Positions 47,360-55,760 of a stretch of 64,000 nt of DNA are shown one piece after another. Every line of letters begins with the position of its first letter. The stretch's first letter is position 1. Under the pieces are notes generated by a model, which saw nothing but the letters and a program-made list of their open reading frames with translations, searched no databases and was not told the DNA's origin. The DNA lies in IMG/VR virus record IMGVR_UViG_3300033153_008183, positions 16,918 to 80,917 of that record; one strand, given 5' to 3'. The translations under genes were made by a program, and so were the position numbers. The DNA is from a virus.

Positions 47360-48223
47360 ATGGTAGTTGAATTAGAATATAGAATTGAACAGGATGAAGA
47401 TTCAGGGATGCATCCCAGAACAGATTGTGATAATCTGGGTACCATGTACTGCTGGCATTCCCGATATAACTTAGGGGATGAACAACCTAGTGAAAGTCCG
47501 GTTGATTTTAGAATGGGATTGATATCTGATTTAATACCAGAATCTTACTATGATGACTGGGGAAATATTTCAGATGGTAATCTTGAAAAGATTGAAGCCT
47601 TATTTGAAAAACATTACATATCACTTCCCCTGTATCTGTATGACCATTCAGGAATAACTATGAGCACTGGTAGTTTCGGTTGTCCATGGGATTCTGGTCA
47701 AGTGGGATTTATTGCAGTTTCTAAAGAAGATGTTCGGAAAGAATATGATTGGAAACAACTGACAAAAAAACGTATCCAGCAAATTGAAGAATATCTCCGT
47801 AATGAGGTTAAAACATATGATCAGTATTTGACTGGTGATGTCTGGGGGTATGTGATTGAAAATGAGGAATATGACATTTTTGAATCATGCTGGGGATTTT
47901 ATGGACATGATTATTGTGAGACTGAAGCAAAATCCATGTTGGAGTGCGAACAGAAAGCACTCAATGAAAAATTGAAAATAGTTTCAAGAGATTTACCTGA
48001 TGCAGAATATTGTTACAGTGTCAAAGGTGATGAACTCTTGAATGATTTTTTAATGGAACATTGGCCTAATGAATGCAGGGAATTGGATGAGATCCTGGAA
48101 CGTGGGAAAAATGCATCTGATCTTTTCTTAGAAGAAGAAACGGATAGATACTATGAATTAAAAGAATTTTTAACAACTTCTATGAAGGGAAGTATCAGCC
48201 GATATTTTAATCCAAGGAGGTAG
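47360..48223 (+). CDS. Conserved uncharacterised mobile-element protein (YDHSG / WDSGQVG motifs)
   Basis: PR..DNLG.M.CWH.RY.LGD, LPLYLYDHSG, WDSGQVG, SCWGFYG. Confidence 0.7.
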   Translation: MVVELEYRIEQDEDSGMHPRTDCDNLGTMYCWHSRYNLGDEQPSESPVDFRMGLISDLIPESYYDDWGNISDGNLEKIEALFEKHYISLPLYLYDHSGITMSTGSFGCPWDSGQVGFIAVSKEDVRKEYDWKQLTKKRIQQIEEYLRNEVKTYDQYLTGDVWGYVIENEEYDIFESCWGFYGHDYCETEAKSMLECEQKALNEKLKIVSRDLPDAEYCYSVKGDELLNDFLMEHWPNECRELDEILERGKNASDLFLEEETDRYYELKEFLTTSMKGSISRYFNPRR

Positions 48224-48227
48224 ATTT

Positions 48228-48692
48228 ATGTCAGTGATGATGTTGAGTGAAAAATCTATTAAGAATATTTCTATATTTTTAATTGAAACATTTAATCCTG
48301 AAAGAATCACACAAAGATCACATTTCCAGTTATGGAATGCTGAAGATGATTATCCTGAACTTTACAAGTTTATGAAAGGTTGTAGAGTCTCAGATGAACA
48401 AGGGAATATCCCTTGGCTGCTTTATGATATGAATGAAACTGCTTATGTGGAAAGATACAAAGATGAAAAAAAAGATTCTATTCTTTTTTCAGATTTGAAA
48501 CGTATTCCTACACAATGGTTTTTTGATTTTGCAAATGTAACAGATATACAAATGCACAAAACATTTAGCTGTTATCTGTATCAGATTGAAAGAGAATCAG
48601 CTTTCATAAAAGAATTGGAAAAACTCAATGCTGAATTTGGGAATTGGATTACTGGACAATCAAAAGAATGGAATGAAGCAAAGTGGGAGTAA
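48228..48692 (+). CDS. Hypothetical early protein
   Basis: LYDMN..A...RY and CYLYQ motifs; RBS aggagg. Confidence 0.6.
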   Translation: MSVMMLSEKSIKNISIFLIETFNPERITQRSHFQLWNAEDDYPELYKFMKGCRVSDEQGNIPWLLYDMNETAYVERYKDEKKDSILFSDLKRIPTQWFFDFANVTDIQMHKTFSCYLYQIERESAFIKELEKLNAEFGNWITGQSKEWNEAKWE

Positions 48693-48695
48693 GTT

Positions 48696-48860
48696 ATGAA
48701 TAAAAAAGAAGCTTATGATTATTGCATTAAACATAATAAAATTAAAAAGTTTTTAACTATGCCAAAAAAGTTACAGGAGGAATATTTATATTCTGGCAAA
48801 TTAGAATCTAATCCCTTGTATGTTACTAAGGCTGGTTATGTTTATGCAATTATCAGATAA
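48696..48860 (+). CDS. 54-aa hypothetical protein (not in ORF track)
   Basis: MNKKEAYDYCIKH...; ggag upstream. Confidence 0.5.
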   Translation: MNKKEAYDYCIKHNKIKKFLTMPKKLQEEYLYSGKLESNPLYVTKAGYVYAIIR

Positions 48861-48873
48861 TGAGGAGTAAAGA

Positions 48874-49722
48874 ATGGAAAGATTAAAAGAATTACATGAA
48901 GTAGCTTATCAGGCTTATTCCGGAACATCGTTTGATCCGGAGAAAAGACGGGATCAGATTCTCAAAGAATTGGAACAGGAACTTGAAGAAGATCTGATTT
49001 CCCTGGGTGAAAAAGCTGGGAATTATGAAAGTAAGTATATTGATCACGTCCGTGATTGGCTGGGTAAAAAAAGCCGGTGCATGAGTGTAATGATCACAGG
49101 CCCTGCAAACTTCCCTACCAGACGAAATCAGAAAGCAAATAATGCAGAGGATAAATCATGGCAGGATTTCAGACAATGGAGACTGAGATTCTCTAAAGCT
49201 GTAAACCGTGTGCATAATTTGTCACCTGAAGATGACATGGATGCAGCAATCAAAAAAGTTGATAAACTTATGACCAGTCAAATGATCATGAAATCTGCTA
49301 ATAAAATAATCAGACAGAAGAATAAGACTGATGAAGAGAAAATCCAGGAAATGATTGAAGCTGGATTGTCTGAAAAATTAGCAAGGGGATGTATGGTGCC
49401 AGATTGTTATGGTGGTCTGGGATTTCAATCTTTCAGTCTGACAAACAACAATGCCAAAATCAAAGCTGCAAAAGATAAGATCATAACCATGAGAAGAAGG
49501 ATAGAGGTCAAGAATATCTTTGAAGCAATCCCTTTTGATGGTGGTGTGATTGATATTGAAAATGATAGAGTGACAATTACCCATGATGAAAAACCGGATA
49601 GGGATGTGATCAATCGAATTAAATCCAGAGGTTTTCATTGGTCAAGAAATTATGGTTGCTGGAGTCGAAAGCATACAGCAAATGCGTTATATGATGCAAA
49701 GGAACTAATGGGAATATCATAG
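48874..49722 (+). CDS. Conserved mobile-element protein, polyvalent-protein/DUF3560-like
   Basis: TSFDPEKR, MITGPANFP, LTNNNAKI, KP...GFHWS...W. Confidence 0.6.
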   Translation: MERLKELHEVAYQAYSGTSFDPEKRRDQILKELEQELEEDLISLGEKAGNYESKYIDHVRDWLGKKSRCMSVMITGPANFPTRRNQKANNAEDKSWQDFRQWRLRFSKAVNRVHNLSPEDDMDAAIKKVDKLMTSQMIMKSANKIIRQKNKTDEEKIQEMIEAGLSEKLARGCMVPDCYGGLGFQSFSLTNNNAKIKAAKDKIITMRRRIEVKNIFEAIPFDGGVIDIENDRVTITHDEKPDRDVINRIKSRGFHWSRNYGCWSRKHTANALYDAKELMGIS

Positions 49723-49731
49723 GAGGATATT

Positions 49732-49911
49732 ATGTCATTATTCAGAGAAGATTTATCAGAAAAAGAAGTTGTTGAAATGAAGCAATGGAGCCGTGAACAC
49801 CCTGAATTTCTTGATTCTTATCAGGAAAAAATTGGAGTGTGGCATCCTTTTGTAATAGCTGAATATAATCAGATGGCAATGGAAAGAAATAGATCATTAA
49901 ATCTTATGTAG
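49732..49911 (+). CDS. 59-aa hypothetical protein (not in ORF track)
   Basis: MSLFREDLSEKE..QWSRE...WHP; RBS aggagg. Confidence 0.6.
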   Translation: MSLFREDLSEKEVVEMKQWSREHPEFLDSYQEKIGVWHPFVIAEYNQMAMERNRSLNLM

Positions 49912-49936
49912 ATTTTTCATTACCTGCTGATAGTAT
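49904..49936 (+). promoter_or_regulatory. Phage promoter motif copy 4
   Basis: TTATGTA-5-TTCAT-6-CTGATAGTAT; 34 nt before ATG 49971. Confidence 0.65.
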
Positions 49937-49970
49937 TAGTATAAGTAAATAAATCATAAAGGTTGTAAGT

Positions 49971-50201
49971 ATGGTAAAGGTTAAAGTCACAGAAAATACA
50001 GGTGTTACGGATTTGAAGATTTCTAAAAATACAAAATTTACTGTGATGCCTACTTACCAGATGGGAAGATTACCTTCAAATCACAAAAGTAAAAAAACAG
50101 CTGAATCCAGAATCAGAAAATTGATAAATGACAAAATTGATTTCATTATTTTTGATTCACATTTGAATATTGTTACTTTAAAGGATTTTCTTTATGACTA
50201 G
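49971..50201 (+). CDS. Hypothetical protein
   Basis: First gene after motif copy 4; overlaps next gene. Confidence 0.55.
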   Translation: MVKVKVTENTGVTDLKISKNTKFTVMPTYQMGRLPSNHKSKKTAESRIRKLINDKIDFIIFDSHLNIVTLKDFLYD

Positions 50202-51069
50202 AGAGTTATTACAGGCTAGACAAGCTATGCCCCTGGAATTGAAAGAAAGATTGTCTTTAATAAGAATAAGTGAATATTACTATCATTTTGGTGGTAAGAT
50301 TTATGTCTCTTTTTCAGGTGGTAAAGATTCTACTGTTTTACTTCATCTTATTAGAAGTAAATTTCCGGATGTCGAAGCAGTCTTCATTGATACCGGATTA
50401 GAGTTTCCAGAAATAAGATCATTTGTAAAAATTATAAACAATGTCACATGGGTAAAACCTAAAATGACATTCAGGGAAGTCCTGGAAAAATATGGATATC
50501 CAGTGATTTCAAAAGAGGTTGCTCAGAAACTCCATGAAATTAGAACTACTAAATCTGAAAAATTAAGAAATAAAAGATTGTATGGTGATGAAAAAGGAAA
50601 TGGGATGATGGCTAAAAAATGGAGACCCATGATAGATGCTCCCTTTAAAATATCACATAACTGTTGTAATATTTTGAAAAAATATCCTGTAAAATCTTTT
50701 GAAAAGAAATCTGGAAAAGTTCCTATTGTAGGAACAATGGTAGAAGAATCCACATTAAGAAGTACAGTGTACCTTAAGAGAGGTTGTAATTCTTTTGAGG
50801 GAAACCGTCCCATGTCAACTCCGATTGCATTTTGGAGAGAGAAAGATATCTGGGAATATATTAAAAAATATGATTTAAAGTATTCCAGTATTTATGAGAT
50901 GGGATATCCTCGAACTGGTTGTGCCTTTTGTATGTTCGGAGTTCATCTTGAAAAAGATGAAAACAGATTTCAGAGAATGAAAAAAACACATCCTAAACTC
51001 TATGATTATTGTATTAATAATTTGGGAGTAGGAAAAGTTTTAGATTTTATGGAGGTAGATTACATATGA
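50194..51069 (+). CDS. PAPS-reductase-family PP-loop protein (phage type)
   Basis: SFSGGKDSTV, DTGLEFPE, CC pair, RTGCAFC. Confidence 0.9.
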   Translation: MTRELLQARQAMPLELKERLSLIRISEYYYHFGGKIYVSFSGGKDSTVLLHLIRSKFPDVEAVFIDTGLEFPEIRSFVKIINNVTWVKPKMTFREVLEKYGYPVISKEVAQKLHEIRTTKSEKLRNKRLYGDEKGNGMMAKKWRPMIDAPFKISHNCCNILKKYPVKSFEKKSGKVPIVGTMVEESTLRSTVYLKRGCNSFEGNRPMSTPIAFWREKDIWEYIKKYDLKYSSIYEMGYPRTGCAFCMFGVHLEKDENRFQRMKKTHPKLYDYCINNLGVGKVLDFMEVDYI

Positions 51070-51704
51070 AAATCTTGATTGCATGTGAATTTTCAGGAAT
51101 TGTAAGAGATGCCTTTATAGCAAAAGGTCATGATGCAATCAGTTGTGATTTATTGCCATCTGACAGACCTGGACCACATTATCAAGGTGATGTTTTTGAC
51201 ATTATTAATGTAGGATTCGATATGATGATCGGTTTTCCTCCATGTACATATCTGACCGTGACAGGCAACAAATGGTTTTATCATCCTGATGATAAGGAAT
51301 TGCCTGTGGAGCAAAGGAGACCCCATCCACGGTTCCCTGCCAGACAATTACACAGGCAGCAAGCTATTGAATTCTTTATGAAATTAGCAGATGCTGATAT
51401 ACCTAAAATCTGCATTGAAAATCCAGTAGGGATTATGTCTACTAGGTGGAGAAAACCGGATCAGATCATTCAACCTTATCAATTTGGACATCCTGAACCA
51501 AAGAAAACTTGTCTTTGGTTGAAAGGATTACCTTTACTGGCTTCTACAAAAATAGTTGAACCTGAGTACATGATCACTAAAAGTGGAAAACGAGTGCCTA
51601 AGTGGTTTTTTGCACCGAGTAACACACCTGAAAGAGCTAAATTACGCAATACTACCTTTACTGGAATTGCAAATGCAATGAGTTCCCAATGGAGCAATCT
51701 ATGA
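51066..51704 (+). CDS. DNA cytosine methyltransferase-like protein
   Basis: LIACEFSG.VRDAF, FPPCTYL, IENP, KKTCLWL. Confidence 0.8.
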   Translation: MKILIACEFSGIVRDAFIAKGHDAISCDLLPSDRPGPHYQGDVFDIINVGFDMMIGFPPCTYLTVTGNKWFYHPDDKELPVEQRRPHPRFPARQLHRQQAIEFFMKLADADIPKICIENPVGIMSTRWRKPDQIIQPYQFGHPEPKKTCLWLKGLPLLASTKIVEPEYMITKSGKRVPKWFFAPSNTPERAKLRNTTFTGIANAMSSQWSNL

Positions 51705-52072
51705 AAACTGAAACAAAAATCAGATTAACAGTACAGGAAATTGTAGATCTTTATACTGTTTACAAAAATTATACTGAAATGACAAAACAAATTGATATCT
51801 ATGAACCTTATGATTTTTGGTATGAACTCAAAGAAGAGTTGGAAGATTGCCAAAATCATATAGATGATTGGAATATTTATACTGGAATGGTTTTTGAGTA
51901 CCATTATAAGAAAGATGAACTCATAGAAAGTAAAAAAGCAGAAGAAGCTCTTAAACAAGAAGATCGTTTATTGAAATTTGGAAATTGGTTAGTTGATGGT
52001 GTAGAAGAATTAACTATGGACAAAGAAGAGATTCAGCAAGAACTCTATCTTTTCCTGGAGGATGAAGAATGA
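51701..52072 (+). CDS. Acidic hypothetical protein
   Basis: ATGA-coupled ORF. Confidence 0.55.
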   Translation: MKTETKIRLTVQEIVDLYTVYKNYTEMTKQIDIYEPYDFWYELKEELEDCQNHIDDWNIYTGMVFEYHYKKDELIESKKAEEALKQEDRLLKFGNWLVDGVEELTMDKEEIQQELYLFLEDEE

Positions 52073-52317
52073 AAATTATTGATAAATCAATTGAAGGTAC
52101 CCTTATAAGAGTTACTGAAGAAGAGCTTTACTTATTAGAAAGAGCTTTAAATACTATGTTGGATGATGCTGAATATAAAGATCCTGATCTTTTATTGCAG
52201 TGTAAGTTTTTACTGACCACTTTGGGTGAAGGAGTTTATTATGGAAAAGCAAGTGAAGATAGACCTCGTAGAAGATATCGTGGAGACTATTCTCAAGGAC
52301 ATGGTTCAAAAACTTGA
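52069..52317 (+). CDS. Hypothetical protein
   Basis: RBS ggagg; ATGA overlap. Confidence 0.5.
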   Translation: MKIIDKSIEGTLIRVTEEELYLLERALNTMLDDAEYKDPDLLLQCKFLLTTLGEGVYYGKASEDRPRRRYRGDYSQGHGSKT

Positions 52318-52471
52318 AGAGAACAGAGTTCCGGAGGGCTGGGATGGTGTTGAGCTGCGGTGGTGGATTAAAGATCGAATTAGTACAGTAATAATGCCTT
52401 TACGTTCTCCCAAAGATAATAGAGCCAGACATAAAGATTACTATAATGATAGATTAATTGGAGGTTTTTAA
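52241..52471 (+). CDS. Hypothetical protein
   Basis: PEGWDGVELRWWI; RBS aaggag before MEKQ. Confidence 0.6.
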   Translation: MEKQVKIDLVEDIVETILKDMVQKLEENRVPEGWDGVELRWWIKDRISTVIMPLRSPKDNRARHKDYYNDRLIGGF

Positions 52472-52686
52472 TGGTAAAGATTTATATTGGAATTGAAGAT
52501 GGTGTTATTGGAGCAGTTTATTCTACTTGTAAAGCTGAGGTGGTGGTGGTTGTGGACTTTGATAAACATAATGACGATCCTCTGGCTATATCTGAATTCA
52601 AATCTCAGAAAGTATCTCATAAGCTTATTAAAGGTTTCAGAGATGAAGCTATTAAAGAGTATAAGAATTATGAATTAAACACTTGA
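52471..52686 (+). CDS. Hypothetical protein
   Basis: KIYIGIEDGVI..VY...VVVVDFD motif; RBS ggagg. Confidence 0.6.
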   Translation: MVKIYIGIEDGVIGAVYSTCKAEVVVVVDFDKHNDDPLAISEFKSQKVSHKLIKGFRDEAIKEYKNYELNT

Positions 52687-52843
52687 AGAGGTCAAATCTC
52701 TTCAGGTGTTGTTGAGGGAGCTGTTCGTATGAACTTAGCTTACCTCAAAACTTTCGTGCTGGTAGTACGGGTACTCGCACATCACACGAGTAAAGTTTAT
52801 TACAATGCAGGAGCCCGTACCTCACTTTTTATAGGAGAGTCTA

Positions 52844-53047
52844 ATGCACAGTAAAAAACGAATAGAAAAAGCTCTTGAAATAATTATTGAATGTGGTCAA
52901 ATTGATGGTGCTCATCATAAAACGTGGGTAATTGATCAAATAGTAAGACTACTCACAGATGATGAATATGATGCGTGGATTAAGAATTACTGCAAAGGTG
53001 AAGATGGTCTTGATACTTACTCCTGGGATGTAGGAATTGTTCCATGA
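52844..53047 (+). CDS. Conserved small phage protein
   Basis: DGAHHK.WVIDQ...WD.GI.P. Confidence 0.7.
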   Translation: MHSKKRIEKALEIIIECGQIDGAHHKTWVIDQIVRLLTDDEYDAWIKNYCKGEDGLDTYSWDVGIVP

Positions 53048-53304
53048 CTAAAAGGCTTACAGTCTTATGGGGCCCTTCCCTGGCTGAATTAAATGAAGGA
53101 AAAGATTATATCTACCTCAAAAAAGCAAAAGCTCATATTGAGAGATTGAAAAAATCAACAGAGCCTAATCATCAGGCTTATAGATTAGTAAGAACAGAAG
53201 GTACTGGGGATTTTGCCCCTTCAAAGGAAATGATATATGCAGAATCAGAATCTGAACGTAGGCTTGAAAAAAGACTTTTTAATAGAAGTATTAACAAAGC
53301 ATAA
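53044..53304 (+). CDS. Hypothetical protein
   Basis: ATGA-coupled ORF. Confidence 0.5.
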   Translation: MTKRLTVLWGPSLAELNEGKDYIYLKKAKAHIERLKKSTEPNHQAYRLVRTEGTGDFAPSKEMIYAESESERRLEKRLFNRSINKA

Positions 53305-53464
53305 CATACCTTTTGTCACAGGTAAAAAAGACATTCATATCCCTATGATAAGCAGAATACTGTTTATAAATCTTGAGGATGATACAGTTTCAACAGATTC
53401 TAATACTTGGTTTTTGATAGCTGCTGAAATAGGAATCTCAGTATTAGCTAAAGGAGTTACATGA
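53237..53464 (+). CDS. Hypothetical protein
   Basis: Stop overlaps sigma-like gene start. Confidence 0.45.
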   Translation: MQNQNLNVGLKKDFLIEVLTKHNIPFVTGKKDIHIPMISRILFINLEDDTVSTDSNTWFLIAAEIGISVLAKGVT

Positions 53465-53952
53465 TGCCTGCAACTGTAGAGCAATGGAATCCTCTGATCA
53501 GAAGTAAAGCTTCAAAAGTGTATAGAAGCTTTCAAGGGACAGTAGAGTATGAAGATTGTTTGCAGCAGGGTTACGAGATATTCTGTGAAGCGCTTCACTC
53601 TTTTGATCCAGACAGAGGAACTTCCTTTGGTACATGGTTGTACTGGCAGTTAAAGCGATTACAGAAAGAAATAGCTGGATCACAATTGATACCAGGAAGT
53701 AATGAAGCTCTTGAATATCTTATAAATCCTGCTGAACTATGGGAATCTGCTGTATACTTATCAAAGGATGCACGGTTTCTATTGAAGTTGTTACTGGAAA
53801 GACAACTACACAGGCAGACTTCAGGCCCCGGAAGAATACTTCCTGGAGAGAAAACAGTAAGGAATTATATGAAAACTCATTATGGATGGTCTAAAAGTCA
53901 TTCAATTACTGTTTGGGATGAATTAAAATGCTGGTTTCAAGCTTTAAAATAA
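53461..53952 (+). CDS. Phage sigma-factor-like protein (sigma70 region 2)
   Basis: PLIRSKA...EYEDCLQQG...EALHSFDPDRGTSFGTW. Confidence 0.8.
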   Translation: MMPATVEQWNPLIRSKASKVYRSFQGTVEYEDCLQQGYEIFCEALHSFDPDRGTSFGTWLYWQLKRLQKEIAGSQLIPGSNEALEYLINPAELWESAVYLSKDARFLLKLLLERQLHRQTSGPGRILPGEKTVRNYMKTHYGWSKSHSITVWDELKCWFQALK

Positions 53953-53964
53953 TGTATTGTCAAA

Positions 53965-54034
53965 GATGGGTGATAGCACACGGAGTGCAGGCTTCAATCC
54001 GAAGCAAGGCAGGGGTTCATCTCCCCTTCATCCA
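53965..54034 (+). ncRNA. tRNA-like cloverleaf, non-canonical
   Basis: GATGG/TCATC, GCAC/GTGC, GCTTC/GAAGC, AGGGG-TTCATCT-CCCCT; ends CCA. Confidence 0.4.
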
Positions 54035-54085
54035 ATACCGGAAAGTACACAGTAGTGGAAAAATCTGGTAAGTAGTATGAACGAA

Positions 54086-54133
54086 TGAGAGGGGAATCAT
54101 CTGTAAACCTTGATCTTCCCCTCTCAACTTTTT
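54086..54133 (+). terminator. Intrinsic terminator-like hairpin
   Basis: TGAGAGGGGAA...TTCCCCTCTCA then acttttt. Confidence 0.7.
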
Positions 54134-54174
54134 AAACAAATAAACAATATTCAACAGTTAAATTGCTGGACAAA

Positions 54175-54571
54175 GTAGTGAAAGGTGTGTACATTTAATT
54201 ATCAAGTCTAACCAGCTTGTGTACATACGATTACTTAGCCAACAGATAAAGAGCTGTTGAGCACTTTTAAACTGAATACTAAGTAATCGGTTCAGTAAGG
54301 GTTGGTCCCCTGGAAGTGTTCAGCAGCTCTTTCTTAACTGGAGAGAGCTCACAAACATTCTTACACTGAACTGCTTTCTATAATGTTGTCGGGTGATAAC
54401 TGTAACTGGCAGGACAAGGAAGTATTCAGCTACTGTGAGGGGTATTTAAAGCAACAGGTTGAAAATGGAAGAATCCTGATACCAAAATGAGATCCATCAC
54501 CCAATGGCTCCGCAAGGAATTATTTAAGGTGTATCTCTCTTACTTAGGAGAAGTGCACCCAAATTCACCAC
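54175..54571 (+). ncRNA. Candidate large structured RNA with two pseudoknots
   Basis: About ten manually paired helices including a 21-bp stem, plus 10-bp and 7-bp loop pairings. Confidence 0.55.
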
Positions 54572-54582
54572 AAGGAATTATT

Positions 54583-55470
54583 ATGAAATGGGATACAGTA
54601 CGTTTCTGTCAAGATTATCGCATTAGATATACTGTTAGCAGACGCTGGCACCAGACCGACTGTCCATGGTGCGGAAATAATTCATTGAAGGCCGGTTTCA
54701 GTCTTGGAGGTGGTACTTTCAGCTGTTTTGTCTGTTCTTCTCACCCAGTCTCACAAACTGTAGCAAGAATGTTACTCTGTTCTGAAGCAGAAGCTATTGA
54801 AATTATACAAAATTACCAGGGAAGTTACTCTACTGCTAATATACTCACAGATGAGCAAGTTTCAGCGTCTATTGTGGATCTTCCTGGACGTAAGAAAATG
54901 CGTAAAAAACATAGACTATATCTGGAAGGGCGTGGATTTGATCCTGATGAGCTTACAAAGGAATGGAGCTTACGTTTCACCGGACCAGCTGCTGAGTATG
55001 GTTGGGAGTGGAGAATTATATTTCCTATCTTTCATAAGAATGAACTGGTGTCGTATCAAGGTAGAGATGTCACAAACAATGAAGGTGTGATTAGATATCG
55101 GGGTGCTCGTATTGAAGATAGTAAAATTCACTATAAGAAGCTATTGTACGGCATTGAGAAATGTAGAAACAATACAGTCGTTGTAGTTGAAGGCATTTTT
55201 GACATGTTCAATTTTGGGCCGGGAGCAGTGACTGCCTTCGGTACAAGTCTAACTCTATCCCAGGTCAGATTATTAGCTGAATTAGAAAGGGTGGTCTTCC
55301 TTTTTGATCCTGATGATCCTCTGGCATGGAAGAAAGCAAAGAAATATGTTCTGGAGTTAAGAACATTAGGTGTAAAAGCAGAAAGAATAAGGTATGATGG
55401 TGGAGATCCTGGTAGTTTATCCAGAGATGAAGTTCGTTATTTACGTAAATACATAGGTTTTGGAGGATAA
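54583..55470 (+). CDS. DNA primase (Zn finger + Toprim)
   Basis: CPWC, CFVC, RIIFPI..SYQGR, VVEGIFD, FDPD, GDP; RBS aagga before MKWD. Confidence 0.88.
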   Translation: MKWDTVRFCQDYRIRYTVSRRWHQTDCPWCGNNSLKAGFSLGGGTFSCFVCSSHPVSQTVARMLLCSEAEAIEIIQNYQGSYSTANILTDEQVSASIVDLPGRKKMRKKHRLYLEGRGFDPDELTKEWSLRFTGPAAEYGWEWRIIFPIFHKNELVSYQGRDVTNNEGVIRYRGARIEDSKIHYKKLLYGIEKCRNNTVVVVEGIFDMFNFGPGAVTAFGTSLTLSQVRLLAELERVVFLFDPDDPLAWKKAKKYVLELRTLGVKAERIRYDGGDPGSLSRDEVRYLRKYIGFGG

Positions 55471-55471
55471 T

Positions 55472-55612
55472 ATGCAAATTATATGTGCTAATTGTGCTTA
55501 TCTTGAAAAATGTGCTTTACCTAAAGATAAGGTTTGTCCCGCTTTTATTTTTAAAAGAAGAGTAGATGACAAACCTGTTATTGTAAGAACAAATAGAGTT
55601 AGAAAGGATTAA
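55472..55612 (+). CDS. 46-aa Cys-rich protein (not in ORF track)
   Basis: MQIICANCAYLEKC...VCPAF; RBS ggagg. Confidence 0.55.
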   Translation: MQIICANCAYLEKCALPKDKVCPAFIFKRRVDDKPVIVRTNRVRKD

Positions 55613-55760
55613 TAATCCAGTAGGGGATTTTTAAATTGGAGCAATAGGCATTGCTTTTATTTTGATAATGGTAAACAGAGTGTAAAAGATTCGCTGTTGC
55701 CATCTTTGCACTTGCACTCAGGGGGCCTGCTACCCCTGTTTTATTTATAAAAAGGAGCTA

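Noticed and set aside
50194-51069. Dnd phosphorothioation operon or sulfate-assimilation CysH
   Set aside because: No dndA/B/D/E, ssp or other cys genes in the window.
53965-54034. Canonical tRNA gene
   Set aside because: Acceptor stem only ~5 bp, D and anticodon loops abnormal, T loop lacks TTCRA; kept only as tRNA-like.
54020-54100. HDV-like (theta) ribozyme after the tRNA-like element
   Set aside because: A CGAAT motif and possible P2/P3 exist, but no P1 helix could be built.
54185-54565. Group II or group I intron
   Set aside because: Starts GTGTG and has a GAGCTG helix, but no bulged domain V, branch helix, P7 core or split exon could be identified.
54487-54582. 32-aa N-terminal extension of primase in the ORF track
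   Set aside because: No RBS at 54487; RBS precedes ATG 54583 and the stretch forms RNA stems.
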